DNA of 63,355 nt, the filler included, from Olpidium bornovanus S191 (taxonomy: Eukaryota; Fungi; Olpidiomycota): assembly GCA_017911155.1 (NCBI GenBank). It is 25 parts of 25 records of this genome, joined end to end, with 100 filler letters (N's around TTAATTAATTAA, not from the genome) between each part and the next. Parts side by side here need not be neighbours in the genome. Positions count along the whole stretch, not along the records: positions 47,439 to 51,140 come from JAEFCI010013091.1; positions 51,241 to 53,113 come from JAEFCI010003602.1; positions 53,214 to 56,377 come from JAEFCI010005439.1; positions 56,478 to 57,504 come from JAEFCI010004156.1; positions 57,605 to 59,547 come from JAEFCI010012873.1; positions 59,648 to 63,355 come from JAEFCI010009122.1; 19 more parts are not named here. One strand, 5' to 3'. Below are positions 49,239 to 61,189 of the stretch, in pieces. The position numbers were made by a program, and so were the translations under genes. The notes beneath the pieces were generated by a model. It was given only the letters and a program-made list of their open reading frames with translations, did no database searches and was not told where the DNA came from. The number at the start of each line of letters is the position of its first letter. Position 1 is the first letter of the stretch.

Positions 49239-51240
49239 GATTCCAACCAATGAACCTCCGCCCCGGCACAAACGCAATGCACACGCACCTCCATCCCACC
49301 GTTCTCCCCGATCTCCCCCCTCCCCCCCCTCTCCCCATCCCGCCGCCGCTGCCGCCGTCGGGCCTCGTGGTGGTGGTGGTGGTGGTGGTGGTGGGGAGGT
49401 GGGGGCGGAGAGGAAGGTTAATTCCTCATTACTAAATTCCGCCGTTTTGTGAGTCCGGGGAGAATAGAAATCGACTTCCCGCATATCGTGTCGCCGGCAG
49501 TTTCCACCGTCGTTTTCCGGTCCGGTCGCGTGTCACGCGTTCGGACGACGTTCTCCGGGAAGAACAAAATAAAAGTTCCGTTTTGCGGCTTTCCGCAACG
49601 CAGACCGGGGCACATGGGAGCTCGCGGTCGGCGCTCCAGTGGCCCGGGCGCCCGCCGCACGTTACTCTCTTTGTTTTGTCCCGACACCGGCGCACACTTA
49701 ATTCTGATATAAAACCGGAATCAAGGTGATCCTTGTTGGTCTTGAGAAACCACTACTTCCGGCCCCTTCCCCAGGCCGGCTCTCGCGGTCTGACAGTGTT
49801 TGATCTAGACTGAATCGCCAGAGCTCAAGGAGAGGGCGCGATCCCGGTGAATGCCTCCTGCGCCTTTTCGGCGGTGTTGTGTCTCGATCTAGAGTCTCTA
49901 TCTACATCATCCTGACTCAGCCATGGGCCGCACCTCCTTCCTTCCCTCCAGCGAGCTTGAAGCTTGGAGCCACTCTCGGGAATCACGTAACTCCACAATT
50001 ATGACAAGCGTCGATCCCTTTATAAGCGAGCTCTTTTTGCTGCTGGCCCCGCGTACTGTAAACAGTCGGTCAGTTTTCTCAGTCTCCTCCTTTGTGCGAC
50101 AGCACTGCTGAATATTGCAAATACGCATCGCCCGGCAGCAATTGCCTCCTTGTCACATCGCGCTGTGTCCTTACCCACGCGTTCCCGGCGTCGTCGACCG
50201 GAAAATTCGCGTAGAGGAAAAGTGTTAATATTTGGTGCATTGTTTCGTCTCCTCCAATAGCCTTCGATTTCTCCTTACCCCAATCCCAAAGCTTAAATAG
50301 CATATTTACAAATGGATATAAGTATCGATGCAAATCAATATTAATATATAGAAATACATTAGAAATAAAGAGATGTCAAACGAAGGTGCAATTGTATTTC
50401 AGTCGCAGTTCTTGTTTGCGGTTACATCTACGTTTTCTTTGTCGCCCCTGGCATATTACATAGAGAACATAGCACGGCGTGCCAACACGGAGTGACGGTC
50501 GGCGGCGAGTTGGACCAGGATCTGGTAATATGACTTGGTCACCGAGGCCGTGCAACTTGGCCTGTCGCCTTTTTTGTCCTGCACCGAGAGCCGGAGCGCC
50601 TCTCTCACCGTGGCGCCTTCCCCAGGCAGGCCGGGCGAGGGCCGCGCGTTTCTTTCTCTCGCCGTGGGCAGCGTGGTTCCTGTGTGCGGAGCCGTGATGT
50701 TTGAAAAAAAAAGTTCTTCCACTTCGAACGGAAAATCCCTCCATATATAAAGGGTGTGCGCGAAACGCGCATTCTGCAACGCTGTCTCGTCGCAAGGGCG
50801 GGCCGGCGAGGCCGGGGCTTTCCGAAGCCCCCGCGTGCGGTTCCGAGCGTTTGGACGCGATAGTTGCGGAACGGCTCTCGCGCGTGGTCCGACATGTGTT
50901 TTGCACATCCGCTGTCGTTCCCAGGACTTACGTTCCTCTCGGAACAGCGTTTGTGGATCTTTGTGGATACACTTTGCATCCGAATTTCTGTGAAAGTTCT
51001 TCAAAGTGTGCCATTTTTTCATGATGCTTTTTGAAGTCTCTGCCTGGCAATCCCCACATCCTGCGCGCTTCAGGATTATTCTAGTTCCTTTTTTCCCCCT
51101 CACAGGGGTTTGTTCTTTTCCGCCGAACAACGAAAAGTGGNNNNNNNNNNNNNNNNNNNNNNNNNNNNNNNNNNNNNNNNNNNNTTAATTAATTAANNNN
51201 NNNNNNNNNNNNNNNNNNNNNNNNNNNNNNNNNNNNNNNN

Positions 51241-52452
51241 CATGCGCTTGACCCCTGGTCTGTTCAGCTGCCGGTCACGGAACGACGCCAGCCCGGGCTC
51301 GACAGGCGCAGGTGTCAATGGGTCCTGATCAAGAGCAACAACTCCAATGGAGCTACAGTTATGAAGATGCGCGCCAGATCAGAATGGTGTTTCGGCGGAG
51401 TGGCGGATGATGTTCGTGTCCGGGACGAAGCTGCGCTTACCCCACCATCCGCATTTTAGGCTTCTCGGCAATCAGGCGTTGCCTCCGGCGTACGAGTTCG
51501 CGGTCCTCGTGCGGCGAATCGCTCGCGGAATCTTCTTCAATCCGCAGCTTTTGGCTAGCGAAAAGCAGGAATCGCACACGCATTCGGTTGTGAGAGCCGG
51601 TTGGAGGGCGTGCGGGAGAACAGTCCCGGTACGGAGTAGAGCTATGCGGTTATCTTACTTCCGCTCCTGCTCAGCAAGCTGCTCTAGCAATTCGGCGGGC
51701 AAATATTTGGGTCTTTTAGATTTCCTGCCGATCGTATCCGTTTCCTTTTTGGTAGATTCCTCGTCAGATGACAGCTCCTCCGCCTTCCGGCTTCCGAGGC
51801 GCGCGACCTTCTCTTCGTGCTGTCGCTTCAGCTTTGCGTCGAGTTCTCGCCTGCGCTGTTTTTGTTCTGCGGCGTCTCTACGTAGGGCAAGAGATTAGAG
51901 AGTTCCTTGACGTACCGTGAAACGGCAAAACGCGCCACAGCTGACACGGACGGGAACTAGGTGGCGTGTCTGTTCCGGACACGTACTTCAGATTCCGTTC
52001 TCGTTCCCTCTCGCGCGCCGAAACTGCCGCTTCCCTGGCGACCGCCGTCGAGACCGTCTCCGGCTTCTCGTCGTCACTGTCCGCCTCTTCCGCCAAAGAG
52101 GAAACCTCCTGGACCTCAAGCTCTCCGTCGCTAGAAGCATCCGTAGAAGCTTCTCTCGACGCGCCGTCGGTGTCGTCGCCCTCTCCTCCTTCCTGGACCG
52201 CAACCTGTCCGTCACTGGAACCACCCGCAGCGTCTTCTCGCGACGCGCCGTCATCGTCGTCATTCTCTCCTTCGTCTTCCTCGCTTTCTTCTCCGCTTTC
52301 TACTTCTCGTCCGCCTTCCTCCTCCTCTTCTGAAGATTCGCCGTCGTCATTTTTCAGATCTTCTGACTCTTCAATTGCCTCCTCGTCTCCCGTCGACTGG
52401 CTTTTCGTGTCGTCTAATTCCTTTACCTCGACCCCTTCCGCGTCACTGCCAG

Positions 52453-52489
<37 letters not shown>

Positions 52490-52855
52490 AACTTCGACAA
52501 CCTCCACTTCCTCGTCGTCGTCTTCGTCGTCAAATTCAATAACCTCCACTTCCTCGTCGTGGCCTTCGTGGTCGCTCTCGTTTTCGACGTCTCCTTCCAG
52601 TTCCGCGTTCCGGCGCCCCTCAACCTGCTCGTCTTCGTCGTCGGTGTCCGCGCTCTCCTCCACAGCAACCACTTCCGGCTCCGGGACCGGCTCCGCAACA
52701 GCTGCGAGGTTCTGGGCTGCGGCTCGCCTGTCCGCCTTTCTTCTTTTCTTCCCCTTCGTCACGTTCTCCGCCGCCGTCACAAGCTCGGCGTCGCGATGCA
52801 CCGGGGCTGCCTGCCGCACGGCCTGCGTCCTCTTCCTGCCGCCTTTCTGCTCCAT
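51241..52855 (-). CDS. Highly acidic, probably nucleolar protein, U3 snoRNA-associated (Bud21/Utp16/NOL7)-like; 3' truncated
   Basis: About 290-aa D/E-rich exon, then DEKPETVSTAVAREAA, QKQRRRELDAKLKRQ, PKYLPAELLEQL, LASFRDRQLNRPGVKRM. Coding status is clear; the family assignment is tentative. Confidence 0.55.
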
Positions 52856-52882
52856 GAGAAAGCGGTTGGTTTGGTTTTTTTT

Positions 52883-52917
<35 letters not shown>

Positions 52918-52949
52918 CCCCCCTTTTTTTTTTTTTTTTTTCCCGTTGT

Positions 52950-52985
<36 letters not shown>

Positions 52986-53213
52986 GGAGGGTGTTGTGTG
53001 CGTGTGCGTGGACACAATCGCGCTGGGTGGGCGTTTTGGGTCAGGTACATTATTGCGTATTGCATATTAATGATATTAGTTTTAATTGTGCGCCTGGGCT
53101 GACCGAAGTGTACNNNNNNNNNNNNNNNNNNNNNNNNNNNNNNNNNNNNNNNNNNNNTTAATTAATTAANNNNNNNNNNNNNNNNNNNNNNNNNNNNNNN
53201 NNNNNNNNNNNNN

Positions 53214-53333
53214 AACGAATCGCGCTTTAAACTTTTCAATATCGCCATTGGGGTTCCTTTTGGTCTTGAACACCCATTTTCCAGAACAAATTGGTGAATT
53301 TGTCGGTCTGGGGACAAGCACAAAAGTGTCATG
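53214..53333 (-). mobile_element. Ty1/copia reverse transcriptase (RVT_2) N-terminal fragment
   Basis: HDTFVLVPRPTNSPICSGKWVFKTKRNPNGDIEKFKARFV matches the copia motif W.LVPRP...GCKWVFK.K...DG.I..YKARLV. Confidence 0.88.
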
Positions 53334-54707
53334 TCCACGAGCGCCGCGGCTAGCACGCCTGCTAAAAGGAGACAAAGTGTCTTCGCATAACCCAAGTTGA
53401 GGAAAACTGCGTGAGGGTATCGGCTTCAGTAACGTCCCGCCGAAGAAGTACTCTCTGGCGTCAAGCGATAAACAACACGTACCGGCCAAGGCCTGGGTGT
53501 TCGACGTGACAACCACTAGGTTGATCAGCCAGGAAAAATCCAGCTCGTCGTAATCCCAGATTACCATGAGGACAAACAGAAGCTCGCCAAAACTGGAGAT
53601 AATGAGCGCCATACTCATGTAGTTGTATCTGGCGTGGTATGTTGAATTAAAATCGCGTGCAGGAACAGGTTGACAAATGAACAACAGCCAAACCCTACGA
53701 CGCGGTAACGCGCACCCCAACACAGAGGGTGGGAATATAGCCAACCGAATGTCCATGCCGCTTCGGCGGAAGTACTGGTAAACCGCGAACCGAACTACAA
53801 GGTGGAACGTAATAAAATCTAGGACGATAACGGCGAAGACGAGCAATGAGCAAATGCGTGGATTCCGGGTTGGCAAAGTTGCCTGGTTTCCATTGTCGAG
53901 GGTAGGAAAATGCCTCGGTATCTCCATGCAAAAAGAAAATAACTACCTGGAAAGCCTACCTATAATACACACGAGCAACATCGAAATATATTGCATCTGC
54001 AAAGGCTGACGCATGAGCGGCAGTTCCCCTGTCGTGTGATAGTTCTCTATCCGGAACCATTTAATGTCTTTGTTGCAAATTATTATGCTGTGATCAGAAA
54101 AATTCCGGCCAAAAGATTTGTCCACACTGCCGACCGACTTGCTAAACTCACAGACGTCAAACAAAATCAGTAATATAGCAAGTTTTGAAACAGTCGGCTA
54201 TTGTGTCGGCAAGCGGCGATCAAAGAAAGTAAATCTCATAACGGAGACGCAGAACGCACGAATCCGTAAATAGCGTCCTCACGTCGATTCCCGCTCCCTG
54301 ATAATCTAATCGATTGAATAAAACATGGCGGTAGACTTGAGGCTTGTGCAGGATCATGTCCATGAAGATGACGACGAAGTCGTGTTCGATGTACTTGTCT
54401 GCGAACTTCTTGCATTTTTTCTTTCAGAGCCGCGTGGAGATATCAAGGACCATGCGCACAGGTCCCGCTGATTGTCAGGGCTTAACTTACGCACTGTGTC
54501 AAGCGGATGTTTCCCTTGCCGTACTCGTTGTAGAGTGTGTCAACTGCACAGAAGAAAGGGAAATCGTGCTTCAGATTGCCACGCTAGCACGCCGCACTTC
54601 TGTCAGTAAAAAAAAAGGGGGGGAGGGGGGGGGGGGTTGGACGCGCCCAGTCACCGCGTGACGGTTCCCACCGAACCTGGTGCAGTGCACTCGACACAGA
54701 TCGGCAT
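53334..54707 (-). CDS. ARV1: ARV1 lipid homeostasis membrane protein, multi-exon; last exon cut at a CATG junction
   Basis: MPICVECTAP|VDTLYNEYGKGNIRLTQC|..KFADKYIEHDFVVIFMDMILHK|PQVYRHVLFN...YNYMSMALIISSFGELLFVLMVIWDY. Confidence 0.93.
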
Positions 54708-55679
54708 GTGCTGCGCCTCGCTGTTTTCGCGTAATCACAATCCGGGTCTCCCTGAAGGGGCCGCGTTCTCGGTCCCGCTCTCTGATGTGTCGGAATTTCA
54801 AGACGCTGGCTGAGCTCACCGCGCAAGTTCCGCCAATTGCCGCTGCTCTCCCGCGTGCACAGCGCGACGCCCTAGTACCACCTCCGTTAACGGGGGCGTT
54901 GCCGTGCAAGAGTTCTGCGGTCCTTTTTTTTTTTTCTTTGCGCTCGGTTCGTTCGTTCTGGCAAGGGCGGGGGGGCTAGCCAGCGCTTTCCCTGGTTGCA
55001 CCCGGAGTCACGTGACTTGCCCCACCAAACGTGAGAGCACCAGAAAACCCCCCGGCGAAACTTACCTCGCCTCGAAAGCTGCCCGATCACGTGATTGTCG
55101 ATTGCCTTCCGCGGAAACGGCGGGCGAGGAGGCGGCACCGCTTTCTCACGCACGCATTCCCGAGCGACCGCCCAACCGGCCCAACTCCTGGCCTCGACGA
55201 CGGACGACCGGCCCTTCCCGACTGCCCGACCGACCGACCCGGTTGGGCGGAGGCGAGTACAGATACAGACGCGGAGAGAGAACGCATCGACAGAGAGAGA
55301 GAGAGAGCGAGAGATACAGGGAAAGGGTGGTGACTGGGGTAGGAGGAAGCGAGAAAGCGAGAAGGAAGAAGGTGGAGGGAGGAGATTGCAGCCGAATTAA
55401 AGGAAGAAGAAGCTGCGGAGCTTTGTTTGGGGAAGAGGAGCAGGAGGGGTCTGGGACGGGGCCAAATCCTCCTTCTCGCCCTCTCTCCTCTCCCCGTTCC
55501 CTACCCCCCCGCTTCCCCTCCCTTTCTGGGCCGTCTCCGCGCTCGCGGCGCCGTCGGGCGGCCAGCAGCAGGAGTCCCCGGACGGGGAGGGGCCGTGCTG
55601 CGTCCTAAGCGGCGCAAACGGGCTCGAAATCCCGACTTTCAAGCAACCCTCGAACCGGCGGCTGCTCGCCTAAAAAAGC

Positions 55680-56377
55680 ATGTCGGAAACAGACTTGTCA
55701 TCGTATCTGCCAGAGGCAAAGTCGCTCGTCGGGGTGCTGTTTGCGGTATTCGGCAACGTAAGTGCAACGCTCTATGCGCAGAGAGCCTGACTCCCATCCC
55801 GAACAAGCCCCCAACCTACCCCACCTCAACTGCGGATCAAACCCGGCCGCAAAGTTTTGCTGACTTCTTTAGCCTTTGGCTCCCGCCGCCTTTCATTCGT
55901 CCTTCACCGTTCCGCCGTTCCTCTAACTGCGGCTAGATGACGATATCGGTTGCCATCAACATCCAAAAATATGCCCATAATAAGCTGCAGAAGGATGCGC
56001 CACCGATCTCACCTTCGGAGAGACCGATGATCACGAACGCGGTATCGGCGGCAGTGGCCGACACCGCCCCATACGCAGTGGGGGAGGATTCGGACGAAGA
56101 AGGACCCACGGGAATGAACACCACGCTCAACTCCCGGACGAGCCCGCACACGTTACCGATGACGCCAGGTCTCGCAGATGACGCGCGGGACCCATCATAC
56201 GGCCACGACCTCTCGGCGGCGAGCTCAGCGCAGACGACGCCGGACTTCCGACCGAAGATGCAGCGGCCCAGCGCCCACCAGCACATTGAGAGTATTTACC
56301 CGCCACCGCCCACCATAGCCGCTGCGCCGTCGCCGGCCACCGTCGCCGTCGATTCTCTGCAGACAGAGAATGCCATG
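55680..56377 (+). CDS. NIPA-type magnesium transporter family protein, N-terminal exons, divergent from ARV1
   Basis: MSETDLSSYLPEAKSLVGVLFAVFGN|MTISVAINIQKYAHNKL resembles the first TM motif of fungal NIPA-like proteins (G...A..GN.LIS.ALNIQ.YAH). Confidence 0.75.
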
Positions 56378-56478
56378 NNNNNNNNNNNNNNNNNNNNNNN
56401 NNNNNNNNNNNNNNNNNNNNNTTAATTAATTAANNNNNNNNNNNNNNNNNNNNNNNNNNNNNNNNNNNNNNNNNNNNC

Positions 56479-56583
56479 ACGATCGTGTTCCTGTGCTCGG
56501 CGCTCTGCGCGGTGCTCGCGACGGTCAGTCCCGTCCGCGCGCTGATGAACCGCAAGCTCGTTTCCCTCCTCAGGGAACTATGA
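56479..56583 (+). CDS. Last 34 codons of a membrane protein, FtsX-like permease C-terminus
   Basis: TIVFLCSALCAVLATVSPVRALMNRKLVSLLREL* resembles FtsX/DUF214 permease ends. Very short evidence. Confidence 0.45.
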   Translation, partial: TIVFLCSALCAVLATVSPVRALMNRKLVSLLREL

Positions 56584-57604
56584 ACAAAAAACCAGAAAAA
56601 AAACATCGCGTTTATTTTTTTTTTCTCAACTCTTTTGAATCATAAATAATCATTTTGGCCTCATATCCCTTGTCCGTCATGCCGAATAGCATGCGCGCAC
56701 CAGTTTTTTTTTTAATTAAAACCGCGTGGTACAAATTCGGACTCCTCACCGCTCGGTGGCCTTACCCTACCCCTATTTTTTTTGAACTTGTTTTTTAAGC
56801 TTTTTGCCGCGGGTTACAACTTCGGTATTGTGATAAACACGCTTGCTGTTCTACTTTTTTTCTTCTTTCCCCTGCAGTTTTCGGAAACGTTTTTTTCGCC
56901 CACCTTCGGGTCCTCCACCCAGAGTTACGCGCTCACTGAATCGAACAACCGGCGTTGACGTGCAGAAAACCCTAAGAGCGAGGGAGGAAAAAAAGTTTGG
57001 CCGGAGCGAGGGAAGTTCTTCTCCCGCGGCCTTTACGGCTTTTGCCAGATAATTTGTACTGGACCCTCCGGGGAAGACCGCCGGGCCTTTTAAGCATAAT
57101 TCGACACGCGTGTCCCTGCGCCCAGTTGAATGCAGCGCATCGCTTCGCGGTTTGTACTTAACATTCGTGTTCTGGTGTGAATAACGGGGGGTCTCAGAGC
57201 TTATCGACATTTTTCGCGTCGAGTTTTTGTGTGTTTAAAGGCGAGTTGGCGACAAAATCTGAACTCGGGTTTGGAAGGCAACCGGAAATTAAACTGTCCT
57301 CCGCCCACTTCCTCCTCTTTTCCCTTCTTTCGCCCATCTATTTTCTGCAAGGATGCTGTGGGAGCGAGGGGTGCCAGTATGTACATGACGCCCGAACACG
57401 TCCCCAACACCATCATCCATACCACGTCAAAGTTCACGGGAGGGCGCGCGAGAGAGAGAGAGAGCGAGAGAGGATATTTGGTGCGCTAAATGAGCTGGAT
57501 GCTCNNNNNNNNNNNNNNNNNNNNNNNNNNNNNNNNNNNNNNNNNNNNTTAATTAATTAANNNNNNNNNNNNNNNNNNNNNNNNNNNNNNNNNNNNNNNN
57601 NNNN

Positions 57605-59090
57605 CATGTAACCGTCGTCCGAGAGGCACTCGAGTGGCAATTTCTCCAGATCGGAGTCTGAGAGCTGTTGATACGAGATTGCCACCTGAAGTGGATTTCC
57701 AGCAATTCGCAAACTTTCGGTCGTCAATACGAGGGTGGGCCGCAAGAAAGACGCGAAAAATCGAATCGGCAAAAGGAGAGCTTTTCTTAATCTACACTCA
57801 CTCCGCGAGTTGGATTTGCGGACGACAATTCCCACGGCGGATCGATCACAATGACGTCAAACTTTGACCAGCGTGCCAGTTTCTTCGCGCGTACATGAGA
57901 TAGGCCGATTTTTTACAGCCCCACATTAGTGCGGAAAGCGTACATCAGCGTTCTCGTCACCCTTTTTCGAGACCAGAAAACGTGAGCACCCGGTCCCGTG
58001 ACCTCGACGCGTCTGGTATGTTTCCACCAGCCGCACACGGAGCGAAAGGCGGAAACATCCCTGTCAGGCCGCGCGTATTAGCAGACGTACGCGAAAGTCG
58101 AACCACAGAACATCTGCGTTAATCGGACAGCACCACTCAGGCACTTTATACTCGCACGCTGAAAATAACGCGCGACAGAGTGGTCAGCCGGCCTTAAGTA
58201 GGGAATCGCTTTCCCCCTGGCTGCCAGCGAGGGAACACACTTAGAGCGAAGATGGCCGGAAGCACTCTTACCCCCGATTGTTTTGAAAAAAGCGTCTAGC
58301 TCGCCAGTTTGCTTAAGCTCCTCCTTGGAGAGCTCGTAGATCGCGTCGGCCAGCTTGTGTTCGACCATGATCATTTGCAGAGCAAGATCCATCTTCTCTT
58401 CGAGCTGGGCCAACATCGCGGGGGACGCCCGTTCCGCGATTACAGCGTAGTTCGCCACGAACGTCGCCGGCTTGTGCAGCCAGGAAGGGCCCGGTTTGTG
58501 CTTGACGGTCGACGCGCCACCGGCCGAATCTTCCTGCTGACCAGCGGACAAAGGCAGAGGACGGCGGCTTCAGCCCGGCCCACCCGAGGAATTCGGACAG
58601 TGCCGGTTTTCGTCTTTACACATTTCGACAACCGTGTCACTTACATCCGCGTCCCCCGTCGCATCCGGAAAGCCTCCGGAGTGAAATTGTTCCTGGGGAT
58701 TCCGGGCGGCGGCCAACGCGTCCTCTCGCGGGTCAACCTCTGTGGCCAATTCGACGTCAGCAACCGGCCCAAATCCGAGCTGGTCACCGGACGTGTTTGC
58801 GTCCGCCGGGTTCACGCCCACGTGGCCGCGGCTGTCCCGCCCTGGGGTCGGCCCGCTTTCCACGGCCGCCGGCGGCCCCGTTTCCGAGGAGCCCAACATG
58901 CTCGCGTCTTGCCGCCGGCGAGGGCCGAGAGAGGCTGATGTTGGCAAGAGCCCGCGTGTCCCTGAGCCAACGCTTGCAGGAACGGGAGTGGCGAAAGAAA
59001 GCGAGCAGGTGGCATCCTCTCTCTGTAAACAAAAATTCCCGACGGAAACGTGCAATGCCTCTCTTACTATGGCAACATGTTAGGGTGCCG
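57605..59090 (-). CDS. MT-A70 family adenine methyltransferase, AMT1/MTA1-like (DNA 6mA), multi-exon, both ends incomplete
   Basis: CCPINADVLWFDFR|KLARWSKFDVIVIDPPWELSSANPTRG|VAISYQQLSDSDLEKLPLECLSDDGYM. DPPW at 57832-57843; context matches the AMT1 clade (DPPWQLSS..P.RGVAI.Y..L.D..I..+P+..L..DG). Confidence 0.88.
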
Positions 59091-59648
59091 ACGGGTGTCA
59101 CCTGGACCAGGCAGAGATTTAAATAAATGGTGCGGCCCCACCACCCAACCAGACCCATCTAGCATGCAGGCGACCCGCGCCCGGCCCGTGCTGGATGCTG
59201 GGTCGCGTACTGGATGCTGGCTCGGAAGTATTCTAAACATTACAACGCGGTGGTTGTCCGCCGACATTAGGACTTAGGTGCCACCACGCTGACACACACT
59301 ATATGCATCAACTCTAGGTTTAGGCCGGTGGTCGTGTGACCAAGCAACGAAACACACAAGCACACCAGGCTACTGGCAATGTCTAGTGATCTAAGTGGGT
59401 TGTGAGTTACATGACTTGGCTCGCAACATGACTCAGCGCGGCGTCGCGTCGCCCACCTCTTCCTTAGGAAGGAGTAAGGTCTGATGGAACCGGCGTCATT
59501 ACAAAAAAGCTGCGGAGTAGACTGCCTTTCTGAACGTTGCTGTGAAANNNNNNNNNNNNNNNNNNNNNNNNNNNNNNNNNNNNNNNNNNNNTTAATTAAT
59601 TAANNNNNNNNNNNNNNNNNNNNNNNNNNNNNNNNNNNNNNNNNNNNC

Positions 59649-60838
59649 ATGCAGCTTCGCAAGGTCTGCAATCACCCGCTACTCTTCGAGCAGGAGTACG
59701 AAATTAATGAGGAGCTTACCACGTCCTCTGGAAAGATGCTCCTTCTCGACCGGATGCTTCCAGCACTACTGGAGCGTAACCATCGCGTTCTCATATTTTC
59801 CCAGATGACGTCAATGCTGGACATCCTTGAGGAGTGGTGTGTGCCCCTCCGGGACTGGCCGGTTTTTAGAATTGATGGCAATGTATCTCAGCCGGAGCGT
59901 CGCCGCCAGATGGAGCTGTTCAACAAGCAACGCCCAGACAAGTCTTCGGAGAAGGACGTCAAGATTTTTTTATTATCCACCCGCGCTGGCGGCCTTGGTA
60001 TAAACCTTACTGCAGCTGATACGGTCATCATCTTTGACAGCGATTGGGTAAGCTCTTTACTTTCGGAGCTCCTGCTGCCGACTTTCAACGATCCCGCGCT
60101 CCAGTCTACCTTAACACCGCTGTCTTGCGCTTATTCTCGGCTTTCGTAGAATCCGCAGGTGGACCTCCAAGCCCAGGACCGTGTCCATCGTATAGGCCAG
60201 ACTAAGCCAGTTAGTGAGTTTTAATTTTTGAATATCCTACGCTTCAGTTAGATTTCCATTTGCATTTCTTTCCTAGATCTTTTTGCCGCGCTGAGCCTCA
60301 ATTTTTTGACTTCTACTTGTTGTCTTACCCTCTTCTTGTCTTTAACGCACCAGACGTATATCGGTTCGTTACGTCCGACACAGTAGAGGCACATATCATC
60401 AACACAGCCAGCAGCAAACGGAAACTTGAAAAGCTGGTCATGCACAAAGGGCGTTTCAAAGGGGACCGCATTTCCCAGAGTTCGGCCGGCGTGGCGGCAT
60501 CCATTGCAGCCGAACTAGCAGAGATCCTGGCTACCGAGGATCAGGAGCGTGCCAATTCGAATGGACACTCCTTGTCTTCTCCCACTTTTACCACGGCCGC
60601 GGGGTTCACGAATGCTTCCTTGGAACCTCGGCAGATTTTGAGTGACGAAGATCTTGAGCGGCTCCTCGACCGCAACCCGGCCGCTTACGAAGCGACGGAG
60701 GCTGTGCTGAAAAGTGGAGCAGCGAGCGAGCTTGGCGCTCCCAAAAGCAAAGCCGGATTCTATGAAACTAGTAGGGCATTCAGGGTCATCGAGCACGTCT
60801 CCGACGAGATGGCGGACGCACTGGCTACGAAGCCCTAA
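59649..60838 (+). CDS. SNF2-family remodeler, HELLS/LSH/DDM1/Irc5-like, C-terminal half, 3 exons
   Basis: [70 protein letters not shown]|[49 protein letters not shown]. The last two motifs favour the HELLS/DDM1 subfamily. Confidence 0.88.
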
Positions 60839-61189
60839 GGCGCAGGGTTGACCTTGCTTAGCGAAATTGAGCAGGCCTCCGACAAGGTCGCTACCACACT
60901 AACAACGGATACTTGATGCGCAGGGTTGGCCCTGGAAACAGCAGCTGCCGCGCGTGGGTTTCCGCACGCCCAATATTTCAAAGGCGTGAGCAGGAATTTC
61001 AATTCGTGAAGCGCACAACCGACGCGCAGCAGTGCCGCTAGCAGATTTTTTAAAAGATCAACTTTTTACGTAGCGCAAACGACTGGTAACTGTGGGTTGC
61101 ACCAGCAGATTACAAACACCATTCCAACGCAGGTTGAAGTGTGAAAAGAGAAGGATATGTGGTCATGACCCAGCTGGGACTTCTGTTTG

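Noticed and set aside
50079-50333. AIGGDETMHQILTLFLYANFP as a VPS9 domain remnant
   Set aside because: Weak likeness only, with no supporting exon structure I could reconstruct.
58534-58644. Single in-frame TGA (58570-58572) in a ~325-codon frame as selenocysteine or readthrough
   Set aside because: It lies inside a canonical phase-0 intron (GTAAGT donor at 58644, CAG acceptor at 58537-58539).
57605-60838. AMT1-like and HELLS-like genes as an epigenetic gene cluster
   Set aside because: They are on different contigs joined by the artificial spacer at 59548-59647.
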